DNA from: Nostoc sp.
GTDB taxonomy: Bacteria; Cyanobacteriota; Cyanobacteriia; Cyanobacteriales; Nostocaceae
Assembly (NCBI GenBank): GCA_036918135.1
Contig: JBALDB010000005.1
Location: forward strand, 64,001 to 128,000
Reading direction: 5' to 3'
DNA: 64,000 bases
The notes under the pieces were generated by a model, which was given only the letters and a program-made list of their open reading frames with translations, did not search any database and was not told the origin of the DNA. This document shows, piece by piece, positions 43,520-53,826 of the stretch. Position numbers and translations under genes: made by a program. Positions within the stretch are counted from its first letter, which is position 1. Each line of letters opens with the position of its first letter.

Positions 43520-43611
43520 TGGAGACTAGGGACTAGGGACTGGGGACTGCGGACTAGGGACTATTTTCCTAATATCCAGTACCCAGTACCCAGTACCCGG
43601 TACCCAGTCCC
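43520..43611. repeat. Inverted STRR heptamer tracts between treY and treH
   Basis: (GGGACTA/G)n followed by (CCAGTAC)n. Confidence 0.8.
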
Positions 43612-43612
43612 G

Positions 43613-46405
43613 TTAATCACTTACCAATAGAGCAACTGGAAAATGGGCGAGAGCAGATGCGATAGATAATGTTTCTTTGGCTTGTAAGGATTGTTCAGTT
43701 AAGACATTTTTCCAAGACAAGGAACTTCCAGAGGGTAATTGCAGATATGTATCTTTCCACACAGACTCGCCCAACGGATCTTCTCCAGGCTGAATCAGGC
43801 GAGTGAAAAAGCGAGGTGCGATGGCGATCGCTGTCTGATTCTCTAATTGTCGCGCAAAGGCAATAATATGATTAGCGTGAGTTCCCTGAATTTCTAACGG
43901 CAGATAATCTCCGTCTTGGAATAAGGAGAGATAATCTTTTCTGGCTTTGAGTAATTGTGCCGTTAAAAACAGTTTAATTCTACCGTCGGTTTTGTCCTTG
44001 AGCAACTCCGAAATCAATCCCAGAATGTCGGTTTTGATTTGCTTTTTAATGGCGCTGAGGTAACTTTGTCGCAGCTCGTAATCCACGGGACGGCGATTAT
44101 CTGGATCGACTAAACTTAATTCCCAAAGTTCAGTTCCCTGGTAAAAATCAGGTACGCCGGGTGCAATAGCCTTGAGTAGAGTCTGGGAAAGGGAATTGAA
44201 CATTCCATAGTAAGCAATTCGCTCTCCAAAAGGATGAAAGGCTTCGATAAATTGCCCGGAAATTGCAGGATTGAGTATTTTTTCTACAAACGAAGTGCAA
44301 GCTTCTTCATATTGGTTATCAGGTCGCAACCATGCAGTATGCACTTTCGCTTCACGAATTGCTTTAATCATGTAGTCCTTCACCCGTTCCACGAACGATT
44401 CCTGTTCGTCTTTGGCAAAAGGAAACGCACCCACTAGTGTTTGATAGAGAAAATACTCATCATTGCGATCGGGCATGGCAAATCCCTGGCGAACGCTGCG
44501 ATGTCCTTGATTATAATGACTCCAAATGTTGACTTGTTCTTCCCACGCTTCCGGCAATTCCGACAACACATTTAACCTGGCTCGCACATCTTCGCCGCGT
44601 TTGGTGTCGTGAGTGGCTGTGGTGTTCATCGTGTGCGGCCATGTTGCTTGATGCTTTTGGTTAAAACTGTGGAAGTCAGCAACAGGAATGCCAAAATGAC
44701 TGGGATTTCCGCCCACTTCATTGAGTGATATCAAGCGATTGTAAACATATAATGTTGTGTCTTCGACACCTTTGGCCATCAGGGGGCCGCTGTATTGCTG
44801 CATCCGCAAGACAAAATATATCCACTGTTCGCGTTCTGTTTGCGAAAGAGAATTATCAAATTCTAGCAGCATCAACTTTTCAATAAAAGTTAATTCATGC
44901 TGCAATAAAGGTGCTTGTTCTTTAGCTTGATTAATTACTTCTTGAATGGTATTTTTATCATTCTCCTCAATTCCATCGTGAGTAATATAGGTGCGGTAAA
45001 TTGGGAACAGTGCTAAAACTTCTGCGATCGCTCTTTTGAGTCCATTCAGGGTAAAGTCATTGCCGTAGCGATATTTGCTAGAAATATTCTTTAACAGCAC
45101 GGCTAAATTATCTATATCCCCTGCTAAGTTTCTCTCTAGAATCAGCTGCTTTTTAGCCTTGACCACCGATGAATAATCTGCTTTGGTACTGATAAAGGCA
45201 TGATAAATCTTATCAAACCAAGATTCTGTTTCCGTTTCACAAAATACGCCATTGATATAGTTCAAAAAGTCATATCCCGAAGTACCTTGAATCGGCCAAG
45301 TTTCTGGTAAATCTTCCGTGAGTTCTAAAATTTTTTCAACTGTGATGTAAACATCACCAGTCTTTTCCCGTAGTCTTTCGAGATACTGGAGTGGGTTATA
45401 AAGTCCATCAATATGGTCAACGCGTAAACCTGTAAATTTACCTTCTTCAACTAGATTTTGAATGAAGCCATGAGTGTTATGAAAAACCCGTACTTCCTCG
45501 ATTTTTACAGAAATCAATTCGTTAACAGTAAAGAACCGACGATAGTTCATTTCTTCCGCCCCTACCTTCCAGAAGGCTAGACGAAAAAACTGGTCGTTGA
45601 GTAAATCATCTAGCAGATTAAAGCTTTCAGAATTACCCGGTTCTCCGTTAAAAGTTTTGATGTTTTCGTCAATGAATTCGCGGATTGAATCGTTTGTGGT
45701 GTACAGTTCCCAAACTAATCCTTTGATAAAGGCAATTTGGTCTTGTCGCTGTTTACCTGCAACTTCTGAAGGCACATTTTTGAGAATGTAGAGAATCCCC
45801 AATAACTTAATAAAATCGGGATGATTGCGCCCCAACGTGCGCGTGAGTCTGCCGAGATTGTAGGTGAGAACTTTTGTGTAAGATTCTAACCGCAGCGGCA
45901 GTTTTAAGCTGTAATAATTAACAGTTAAACCGTTTTGTTCGTATTGCAGTTGAATGTGTCCATTTTCTAGGGATACACCATAGAAATCTCCCAATAGAGG
46001 AGCGAGAATTCGTTCTTGGCGATCGCCAAATGGTACATTCCAAGAAAGGTCGAAGTAATCAGTATAGCTGGAATCTGGCCCGTGTTCCAAGATATCCATT
46101 AAATACTCATTTTCGCTGCTATAGGCCATGTGGTTAGGCACAATATCTTGTAACCAACCCATTTCCAGGGATTGTATTTCACTGATTAATGCATCAAAGG
46201 ACTCATTAGTTCCCAATTCCGGGTTAAGTTGAGTGGGATCTACGATATCATACCCATGCGTACTACCAGAGCGCGCCTTGAAAATCGGAGAAGCATATAA
46301 ATCGGAAATGCCTAAATCTGAGAGATAAGAAGCGATCGCTTTTGCATTTTCAAAGCCAAACTGAGGCGTAAACTGAATTCGATAAGTTGCTCTTGGAATT
46401 CGCAT
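43613..46405 (-). CDS. treY: Malto-oligosyltrehalose synthase
   Basis: MRIPRATYRIQF, GSTHGYD, DIVPNHM, NYRRFF, GLRVDHIDGL, THDTKRGEDVR, SLVDPDNRRPVD. Start set at ATG 46405. Confidence 0.97.
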   Translation of the reverse strand: MRIPRATYRIQFTPQFGFENAKAIASYLSDLGISDLYASPIFKARSGSTHGYDIVDPTQLNPELGTNESFDALISEIQSLEMGWLQDIVPNHMAYSSENEYLMDILEHGPDSSYTDYFDLSWNVPFGDRQERILAPLLGDFYGVSLENGHIQLQYEQNGLTVNYYSLKLPLRLESYTKVLTYNLGRLTRTLGRNHPDFIKLLGILYILKNVPSEVAGKQRQDQIAFIKGLVWELYTTNDSIREFIDENIKTFNGEPGNSESFNLLDDLLNDQFFRLAFWKVGAEEMNYRRFFTVNELISVKIEEVRVFHNTHGFIQNLVEEGKFTGLRVDHIDGLYNPLQYLERLREKTGDVYITVEKILELTEDLPETWPIQGTSGYDFLNYINGVFCETETESWFDKIYHAFISTKADYSSVVKAKKQLILERNLAGDIDNLAVLLKNISSKYRYGNDFTLNGLKRAIAEVLALFPIYRTYITHDGIEENDKNTIQEVINQAKEQAPLLQHELTFIEKLMLLEFDNSLSQTEREQWIYFVLRMQQYSGPLMAKGVEDTTLYVYNRLISLNEVGGNPSHFGIPVADFHSFNQKHQATWPHTMNTTATHDTKRGEDVRARLNVLSELPEAWEEQVNIWSHYNQGHRSVRQGFAMPDRNDEYFLYQTLVGAFPFAKDEQESFVERVKDYMIKAIREAKVHTAWLRPDNQYEEACTSFVEKILNPAISGQFIEAFHPFGERIAYYGMFNSLSQTLLKAIAPGVPDFYQGTELWELSLVDPDNRRPVDYELRQSYLSAIKKQIKTDILGLISELLKDKTDGRIKLFLTAQLLKARKDYLSLFQDGDYLPLEIQGTHANHIIAFARQLENQTAIAIAPRFFTRLIQPGEDPLGESVWKDTYLQLPSGSSLSWKNVLTEQSLQAKETLSIASALAHFPVALLVSD

Positions 46406-46490
46406 ATTTGTTTCTCGTAAGAGTGCTAAGTGGTGAGTTAGGAGAGACGCGATTAACCCTTGTCTGTACAAGAGTTGGGAGTTTGAGGTT

Positions 46491-46802
46491 TTGAAACTCA
46501 GTGTTGAACCTCTGAAGCTCAAAGTTGAACCTTTGAACTCGAAAGTTGAACCTCTGAAGCTCAAAGTTGAACCTCTGAAGCTCAACGTTGAACCTTTGAA
46601 CTCGAAAGTTGAGCCTCTGAAGCTCAAAGTTGAACCTCTGAACTCGAAAGTTGAGCTTCTGAAGCTCAAAGTTGAGCCTCTGAAGCTCAAAGTTGAACCT
46701 CTGAAGCTCAACGTTGAACCTCTGAACTCGAAAGTTGAGCCTCTGAAGCTCAAAGTTGAACCTCTGAAGCTCAACGTTGAACCTTTAAAGCTGAAACTTT
46801 AA
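46491..46802. repeat. 21-nt tandem repeat, about 15 copies, between treZ and treY
   Basis: Unit GAAGCTCAAAGTTGAACCTCT with variants; stop-free in at least one frame on each strand. Confidence 0.97.
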
Positions 46803-46936
46803 GTTTTAGTCTTCCCACTCTTAACTCATAAGGGACTGACAAACAAAAAATATCCCACTGTTGGCGGTCAATAGTCAACAGTCATCAGCCATCAACTTCA
46901 AATGAGACAATTTATTTGTTGTAATTCTTTGACTTA

Positions 46937-48784
46937 CTAACTCTTTTCATACAGTACTAAACTAATGGGTTGCAATTTTACTTCCTCTCCCGCAGATACA
47001 GATTCAGGGGCTTGAGAACCAGGCCCAGACCATGAGGTGTCTGCTGAATCTAATAGTTTGTGAGCATTATATTGAATTGGCAAAGCCACGCTTACAGGAG
47101 ACGAATTAAAATTCAATACAAATATTAGTTCACTCGTTTCATACGAACGACGCACGATAACCAATTGCTTATCTTCATCGCCAGTGGCTTGGATAGAGTT
47201 GCGCTCTTGGTTAAGAAGTACTGGATGGGTTTTGCGTAAATTAATTAATTGGCGATACCAATCCCACAAAACTTTGTGGTTACCTTCGTTGCGTAATTCC
47301 CAGTTGAGTTTACACTTTAAGAAAGTTTCTGCGGATTCGGGATCTGGTGGATCTTCGTCGTAGTGAAATGCTTCAAATTCTTGTTTGCGTCCGGCTCGAA
47401 CTGCTTGAATTAAATCTAGGTCGGAGTGACTGACAAAGTACATGAAAGGAGCGGTTTCGCCGTATTCTTCTCCCATGAATAATAACGGCAAATTAGGTGA
47501 TAGTAGCACAGCACCAGCAGCTAATTTTAGTCCTTCAAAAGAGATGCGCGCTGTGAGGCGTTCTCCATGCATTTGGTTGCCGATTTGATCGTGATTTTGA
47601 ATGCAGATTAAAAACTGTGACAAAGAACGATCGCGGCAAGATACGCCATGAAATCGTTTGCGATCGGGGGAGTATTTCCAATCGTAAACAAAAGTATCTT
47701 GATAAGATTTTGCTAGGTCGGCAAATGTGCCAAAATCCTGATAATATCCTTGGCGATCGCCTGTTAAAACTGCATGTAATGAATGGTGAAAATCATCGCT
47801 CCATTGGGCATCGAGTCCATATCCACCCAATTCTGCCGGACGAATTATTTGCGGATTATTTAAATCGCTTTCGGCAATTAAATGGCGTTTCCATCTTTGC
47901 CCTTGTTGGGAAAAATGATGAACGGCTTCCGCTAATTCCCACAAAAAATGCTTTGCTCCCAAGTCATAAATTGCTTGAATTGCATCTAACCGCAATGCAT
48001 CAATGTGGAATTCGCCCAACCAATAAACCGCATTTTGAATAAAATAATTTCGCACGCCCATACTCATGGCATTATCGAAATTCATCGCATTGCCCCAAGG
48101 CGTTTTATAAGTTTCGGTAAAGTAGGGTGCGAACTGATTCATGTAATTCCCTTCAGGCCCAAAGTGGTTGAACACCACATCCAGCACAACAGCGATACCG
48201 TTTTCGTGGCAAGCATTTACCAGTTGTTTGAGATCGGCTGGGCTACCGTAGGAATTTTGTACAGCATACAGATAAACGCCATCATAGCCCCAGTTCCGGT
48301 ATGCCAAAGCAGGCTCAACATGGGTATCTCCCGGAAATTGGGAAATGGGCATAATTTCAATAGCGTTAATTCCCAGTTCTCGCAGTTCAGGTAAACGGGA
48401 AATAATAGCGGTGAAGGTGCCTTCAGGCGTAAATGTCCCGACATGAACTTCATAGAAAATCATTGACTCCACAGAAATCCCAGTCCATCCTTCATCTGTC
48501 CATTCAAATTGATGATCGACAATTTGAGATGGGCCATGTACGCCTTCAGGTTGATACTGCGACGCCGGATCGGGAAAGGCGTTTTCCTCATTTATTACAT
48601 ACTTATAAAGTGTTCCCGGATACACATCATTTACCTTCGTCTGCCAGTATCCCTCTGCTTGAGGTTTAAGCGCAATTACGTGCGGTTCTGGCGTCAATAT
48701 TTGCACAGCAACGCTATCTAATGTTGGAGACCAAACTGTAAATTCACACTCTCCGTTACCCAAATAATTTGCACCAATTCTCAC
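46937..48784 (-). CDS. treZ: Malto-oligosyltrehalose trehalohydrolase
   Basis: DPASQYQPEGVHGPS, YEVHVGTFT, RNWGYDGV, NHFGPEGNY, QNHDQIGN. Confidence 0.97.
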   Translation of the reverse strand: MRIGANYLGNGECEFTVWSPTLDSVAVQILTPEPHVIALKPQAEGYWQTKVNDVYPGTLYKYVINEENAFPDPASQYQPEGVHGPSQIVDHQFEWTDEGWTGISVESMIFYEVHVGTFTPEGTFTAIISRLPELRELGINAIEIMPISQFPGDTHVEPALAYRNWGYDGVYLYAVQNSYGSPADLKQLVNACHENGIAVVLDVVFNHFGPEGNYMNQFAPYFTETYKTPWGNAMNFDNAMSMGVRNYFIQNAVYWLGEFHIDALRLDAIQAIYDLGAKHFLWELAEAVHHFSQQGQRWKRHLIAESDLNNPQIIRPAELGGYGLDAQWSDDFHHSLHAVLTGDRQGYYQDFGTFADLAKSYQDTFVYDWKYSPDRKRFHGVSCRDRSLSQFLICIQNHDQIGNQMHGERLTARISFEGLKLAAGAVLLSPNLPLLFMGEEYGETAPFMYFVSHSDLDLIQAVRAGRKQEFEAFHYDEDPPDPESAETFLKCKLNWELRNEGNHKVLWDWYRQLINLRKTHPVLLNQERNSIQATGDEDKQLVIVRRSYETSELIFVLNFNSSPVSVALPIQYNAHKLLDSADTSWSGPGSQAPESVSAGEEVKLQPISLVLYEKS

Positions 48785-49030
48785 AGAGATTCTCCACTCT
48801 AATAATGTTATGTGCTGGATTTTGGCGTCAGAGTAACTTCATGTTACATGAACTTTACAAACACGCCAAATAGGATCATGATTTTTCTACCAGACTTTTT
48901 ACTAGTATCCCAGGGCTGAATATTATTAGTACAGAACTCTGTCTAATGATTAAATTTACTCAACAATAAGGGTGTAGGTAATAAATCAGTGGGGGCTTGT
49001 ACTCTGTTGGTTTGTGAGCAGAGTGTTAAC

Positions 49031-49435
49031 TTATGGCTTGCAGCTACCATCAACACAATATGCAGATTCATAAGTACTAGAACGCTTACCAAAGATAGTG
49101 TAGCGACGATCGCGGAGTTGTTCGTAAAAGCGATCGCCTGCCCACTTGATCCCCGGTAACGCCCGATAAGCGTCTACAAATATACTTCCTACTGGCAATA
49201 ACCGCCCAATTTCTTCTGCTGCATTACTACCTTGCCAACGTCTTGAAAGGTTGTTGCCATCGATTAAAATCATTCCCTGTTCGCAATCACAAGCTGTAAT
49301 TCCCCACTTTAAAAGTTGCTGTTCGTCTTGCATGGGAGTGTATTGAAACAGCTTTCCCCGATCTAAGTTTTCTAGCAATTGTACTAAGGTAACGCAGAGA
49401 TTACAATTTCCGTCGTAGATTACGTAGTAAGTCAT
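49031..49435 (-). CDS. DCC-family thiol-disulfide oxidoreductase (DUF393)
   Basis: N-terminal VIYDGNCNLC. Confidence 0.9.
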   Translation of the reverse strand: MTYYVIYDGNCNLCVTLVQLLENLDRGKLFQYTPMQDEQQLLKWGITACDCEQGMILIDGNNLSRRWQGSNAAEEIGRLLPVGSIFVDAYRALPGIKWAGDRFYEQLRDRRYTIFGKRSSTYESAYCVDGSCKP

Positions 49436-49655
49436 GGAAATAAAGGTCTATTTGGAATGATATTTTTAAACTAACATCAAGTTCAGCTAATTACTTACAA
49501 TATGGTTGGTAATTGGGAAAAAGGTAATAGGGAAAAAGGTAATTGCCTTGAAGTGAACAGTTGTGTTTTCTTACCCATTCCCCATTCTCTATTACGCATT
49601 ACCGACCCTCACAGATATCATAAGTATTCAATCAGACATGATATAACATCTGGCG

Positions 49656-52600
49656 TTATGAGACTTTATTGTCATGCAAAAGATTGACGATCGCACTAAT
49701 CAATTTCTCAGGCACGACTGGTTTAGTCAGGTGGATTTGAAATCCTGCGGCGATTGCCTGTTGTCGATCTAATTCTCTGGCATAAGCAGTTAGGGCGATG
49801 GCTTGAATCATTCCTCCTCGTTCGGGTGGGCGCGAGCGAATCTGCCGCATCAGCATATAGCCATCCATCTGTGCCATGCCCACATCGCTGATAATTATAT
49901 CGGGAATCAACCGATCTAGCATTGACAATGCTTCCAAACCGGAGGCAACATCTGTCACCTTCGCGCCGCTTTGTTGGAGCAGAAATGCCTGAAACTCGCG
50001 AGTATCAGTATCGTCATCCACAAGTAAAATTTGAATGTTGTCTAAAGGTGCTTCTGGCTGGGCTGGGCTGGGGGTTGGTTCAGAGATGCTCACCTTTGTC
50101 TGCTGCATAGCAGGTAATTGCACAATAAAGGTAGTACCTTGATTCGCTCCTTGACTTTCTGCCCGAACCGTGCCGTTGTGCATCTCCACAATTTGCCGCA
50201 CGATCGCTAGCCCTAATCCCAATCCCCCAAACCTGCGCGTCGTCGAGCCATCTTCTTGCCGGAAATACTCAAACACATGGGGGAGGAACTGCGGATTGAT
50301 GCCAATTCCTGTATCGATTACCCGAATCTGTGCCAGTCCGTCTAGTTGCCGCAGTTCAACGGTTACTCGTCCGCCATTTGGTGTAAATTTGACTGCATTA
50401 GTAAGTAAGTTCCACACGACTTGCTGTAAGCGGGCAGCATCGCCATAGACAACGCCAACAGTGGGATCGAGGTCAAGCACGATCCCAATCTGTTTTGCCT
50501 CGGCTGCCAAACGCACGGTTTCAATAGCCGCAGAAATCACAAAGGTCAAACTGACACGAGCTTTTGTTAAGGACAGCTTGCCTTGGAGAATCCGGGAGAT
50601 GTCCAGCAAGTCTTCGATTAGTTGCGTTTGGAGTTTGGCATTGCGCTCAATCGTTGCCAGTGCTTCGGCTTGACGGGTTGCGTCGAGTTTACCCTTTTGC
50701 AGTAAGCCTGTCCAGCCTAAAATTGGATTCAGGGGCGATCGCAATTCATGAGACAGCACCGCCAAAAATTCATCTTTAATCCGGTTTGCTTGCTCGGCTG
50801 CTTCTCGTGCAGCTTGTTCCCGTGCCAAAAGCTGTTCTCGTTCTGTTTCAGCCTGTTTGCGATTGGTGATGTCGTAGGAAACTGCCAGTACTGCCTCAAC
50901 CTCATTTTGCTCGTTGTACAGAGGTGTACCATGAGAAATGTAGTGGCGATCGTGGCTGAAATGCTCCCAACTGAATGGTTCGCCGCCGAGGGCTTGGCGA
51001 AAGTAAGGTTCATAACAAGTTGCCATCTCTGGGTCAAGGGCTTCCCAAATGGTTTTGCCCACCAAATCCGCAGAAGTCATGCCTGCCTCCTCAATCGCTT
51101 TGCCCTCTGCCAGTTGATAGCGCAAATCGCGATCTACAATGAAGGCAGCTCCATTCGGCAAGTTAGCGGCGACTGCACGCAGGCGGGCTTCGCTTTGAAG
51201 CAGGGCAATTTCTGCTTGTTTGCGCTCAGTGATGTCAAGTGACATACCAACCATTTGCAGCGGAGTTCCGTCGGTGTCATAGAGCGTACAGCCTCGCACA
51301 AATGCCCAGTGGAGACTGCCATCGTCCCAAATAGTGCGGTACTCCACGTCGTAATCTGAGTGCTGTTCGATCGCCTGCTGAATCGCCTCCTGTACCCAAC
51401 CTCGATCCTGCGGGTGAATCCGCTCGATTAAGACTTGATGGGAAAAATCAGCATCCGGCAAAAAACCATAGTTTGCTTTGCATTGATCTGAAGAGGACAA
51501 TGTGTTGGTCTTCAGGTCTAGCTGCCAGGAACCGAGTTTTCCAGTCTTTAAAGCTAACTTCAAATGCTGTTCGCTTAGGCGCAGTAATTCTTCAGCTTGT
51601 TTGCGTAAGCGCAGCTCGTTGTAGACATCAGTGATGTTAGCGAACAGGACGGCAAACTTGTGTTCTTGCGGCTCACCAATAGGAAAGGCATTGACATTAA
51701 ACCACCCCTTGAGTGCAACAGATTGATTTTCTAACCGAATTGGTTCGCCTGTTAACACGACTCTACCGTAAATTTCGATCCAGTAATTTTCTAGATTGGG
51801 GGCGAGCTCCCGCGCCGTTTTCCCTATGGCTTGCTTGAGTCCCATTATTTTTTCAAATGCTGGATTGACTTCAAGCACTCGATAATCAGTTGGTTCTCCG
51901 TTGGAGTCAAACAGCATTTGGCAAATGCACAACCCTTCATCAATTGTCTCGAACAATCTGCGATACTCATGCTCGCTCTGTTGCAAAGCAGCTTCAGCAG
52001 TTTTGCGTTCGCTCACATCTCGAAAATAAATGGATAACCCTTCTTCATGTGGATAGCAATGGCATTCAAACCAGACATCCAATGGCGGATAAAACGCTTC
52101 TAAACCAACACTCACCTGCTGTTGATGTGCTGGAGGAATACCCAAAGGGGATGAGGGAGAATTTACTTCCTCAGATTTGCGTTCTCGTTCGTAAGCGCGA
52201 GCATTGGCGATCGCTTTCGATACCTGCCCTGCTACCAGACTCAGAAATTCCCGATAATCTTCATCTAAAGGGCGACGGGGACTAATACCTGCAACTAGAA
52301 ACCCCACTGGGCGTTCCTCAATCTGCCCTTCCAAGGGCAAGACAACAGCCGTTACAGGCGATTCACTCCAATGACCACCAGGCAAATCCCCGAATCGCTG
52401 TTGCAAATCGTCTACCTGCTGGATTGCTGCATTTGGCAATGACCATACTGGCGGCTGTGCGGTTAAATCAATCTCCACTGGACTGGCCGTTGTGCCAGGT
52501 TCCAGGTTCACCCAGCCCGCCAGCTGCGCTCGTTGACGGCTAGCATCTAGTAAATAAAATAATCCAAAGGGAATATCGAAGGAGTTACTTGCCAAAACTT

Positions 52601-53180
52601 CAGCGGCAATTTCACAGGCAACTTCGGGCGATCGCGCTTCTAAAGCACGGGCAGCAAGGTCGCCCAGCGTTTGCAGTCGCCGCCCACTGATTACCTTGCT
52701 TGTTGTCTGAGTCTGGGTAACGAGAATGCCTGCTACCTCACCGTTGTCCTCCCAAAGTGGTGAAAAGGAACTCAAGCAATAGTTTTCTTCGAGATAGCCA
52801 TGTCGGTAAACCGAGTAAAGCCGATCCTCTAAGGTCAGAGCTTGGCGGCTATTGCGGACTTGCTCAAACAGGGGCTTGACAAATTCCCACATTTCGGCAC
52901 AAGTTTTTGAATATGACTTGCCTAACATCCCAGGATGATTGTCACCTGCGAGCGCAATCAAGGCATCGTTGTAAATCTGAACATACTCTTCCCCCCAGAA
53001 CAGGCACATGGGAAAGCTGTTTGCCAGTGCCATGTTGACAACTGAGCGCAGGCTTGGCGACCAGGTTGTGATTGCCCCTACTGCCGTTTGTGACCAGTCC
53101 AATGCGCGGATGCGATCGCCCATTTCCCCGCCACCCACCAACCACTCGCTTGTCTTGCTTCTTGATACTTGCTCAATCAT
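49656..53180 (-). CDS. Hybrid sensor histidine kinase (PAS/GAF/PAS...HisKA/HATPase/REC)
   Basis: GGGEMG...DWSQT N-terminus, several PAS ends (DITERKQAE), LSHELRSPL, NLLTNAVKFT, GLGLGL, C-terminal receiver. Confidence 0.96.
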   Translation of the reverse strand: MIEQVSRSKTSEWLVGGGEMGDRIRALDWSQTAVGAITTWSPSLRSVVNMALANSFPMCLFWGEEYVQIYNDALIALAGDNHPGMLGKSYSKTCAEMWEFVKPLFEQVRNSRQALTLEDRLYSVYRHGYLEENYCLSSFSPLWEDNGEVAGILVTQTQTTSKVISGRRLQTLGDLAARALEARSPEVACEIAAEVLASNSFDIPFGLFYLLDASRQRAQLAGWVNLEPGTTASPVEIDLTAQPPVWSLPNAAIQQVDDLQQRFGDLPGGHWSESPVTAVVLPLEGQIEERPVGFLVAGISPRRPLDEDYREFLSLVAGQVSKAIANARAYERERKSEEVNSPSSPLGIPPAHQQQVSVGLEAFYPPLDVWFECHCYPHEEGLSIYFRDVSERKTAEAALQQSEHEYRRLFETIDEGLCICQMLFDSNGEPTDYRVLEVNPAFEKIMGLKQAIGKTARELAPNLENYWIEIYGRVVLTGEPIRLENQSVALKGWFNVNAFPIGEPQEHKFAVLFANITDVYNELRLRKQAEELLRLSEQHLKLALKTGKLGSWQLDLKTNTLSSSDQCKANYGFLPDADFSHQVLIERIHPQDRGWVQEAIQQAIEQHSDYDVEYRTIWDDGSLHWAFVRGCTLYDTDGTPLQMVGMSLDITERKQAEIALLQSEARLRAVAANLPNGAAFIVDRDLRYQLAEGKAIEEAGMTSADLVGKTIWEALDPEMATCYEPYFRQALGGEPFSWEHFSHDRHYISHGTPLYNEQNEVEAVLAVSYDITNRKQAETEREQLLAREQAAREAAEQANRIKDEFLAVLSHELRSPLNPILGWTGLLQKGKLDATRQAEALATIERNAKLQTQLIEDLLDISRILQGKLSLTKARVSLTFVISAAIETVRLAAEAKQIGIVLDLDPTVGVVYGDAARLQQVVWNLLTNAVKFTPNGGRVTVELRQLDGLAQIRVIDTGIGINPQFLPHVFEYFRQEDGSTTRRFGGLGLGLAIVRQIVEMHNGTVRAESQGANQGTTFIVQLPAMQQTKVSISEPTPSPAQPEAPLDNIQILLVDDDTDTREFQAFLLQQSGAKVTDVASGLEALSMLDRLIPDIIISDVGMAQMDGYMLMRQIRSRPPERGGMIQAIALTAYARELDRQQAIAAGFQIHLTKPVVPEKLISAIVNLLHDNKVS
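51606..51626 (-). mobile_element. 21-nt small dispersed repeat inserted in-frame in the kinase gene
   Basis: Minus strand CTGAT[GTCTACAACGAGCTGCGCTTA]CGC gives NITD-VYNELRL-RKQAE. Confidence 0.85.
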
Positions 53181-53408
53181 TCCCACTTCTCCCAATTAGG
53201 AATGCGATCGCCCGAATTAATGCTTCCGGCTTTACAGGTTTTGCTAACTAAATGCTGTTGAAATTTGGCTTCTAAGGCTTACTGCTGGTTGAAGTCTCCA
53301 GCATCAACACGTCAGGGCCGATCGCATGACTCGCCCGATCTCGGCTTTGCCCGCGAAGATGTCTTAAGAGTTTACTGCCCTCGTTTTTTGAGTCACAGTC
53401 TCCACTCC

Positions 53409-53666
53409 TCATTCTTCAAAGTATTTAGCTAACAGCTCCCTCCCACATTCACGGACTGTTGCCTTTGACGAATTACTCATAGAGTGCAGCAACCCCTCAA
53501 CTTGCTTCAAAGCTAAAGATGAAGGCACTGCACGCCCATTTTCCCAGCGATTCACAGTACGAAATGAAACCCCCAATTTAGCAGCCAACTTTTCTTGAGA
53601 AAAACCAAGCTGCTGCCGAACCTCACGAATTAAATTGGCGACTTCCAATGGCATCATTAATGACAT
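53409..53666 (-). CDS. XRE-family HTH transcriptional regulator
   Basis: IREVRQQLGFSQEKLAAKLGVSFRTVNRWENGRAVPS; upstream extension in the ORF track is repeat-derived. Confidence 0.9.
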   Translation of the reverse strand: MSLMMPLEVANLIREVRQQLGFSQEKLAAKLGVSFRTVNRWENGRAVPSSLALKQVEGLLHSMSNSSKATVRECGRELLAKYFEE

Positions 53667-53826
53667 TGCTGAACCTAACCTCTTGTTATCACCGTTACCT
53701 CTTATCGATTGGCATTGTACAACAAAAAATAGGACAGGTGTCATACCGCCTGTTATCAGGGAAGTGTGGGGAGATGGGAGATGGAAAGACGCAAGGACGC
53801 GAGGACTAATGACAAATGACTCCTTT

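Noticed and set aside
46406..46774. 123-aa N-terminal extension of TreY as real coding sequence
   Set aside because: It is the translation of the tandem repeat; the recognisable TreY N-terminus starts at ATG 46405.
46491..46802. 103-aa plus-strand ORF (KLKVEPL)n
   Set aside because: Stop-free only because of the 21-nt repeat; antisense to the operon.
48833..48847. NtcA site upstream of treZ (GTAACTTCATGTTAC)
   Set aside because: Spacing is GTA-N9-TAC rather than N8; it may bind another factor but is unsupported.
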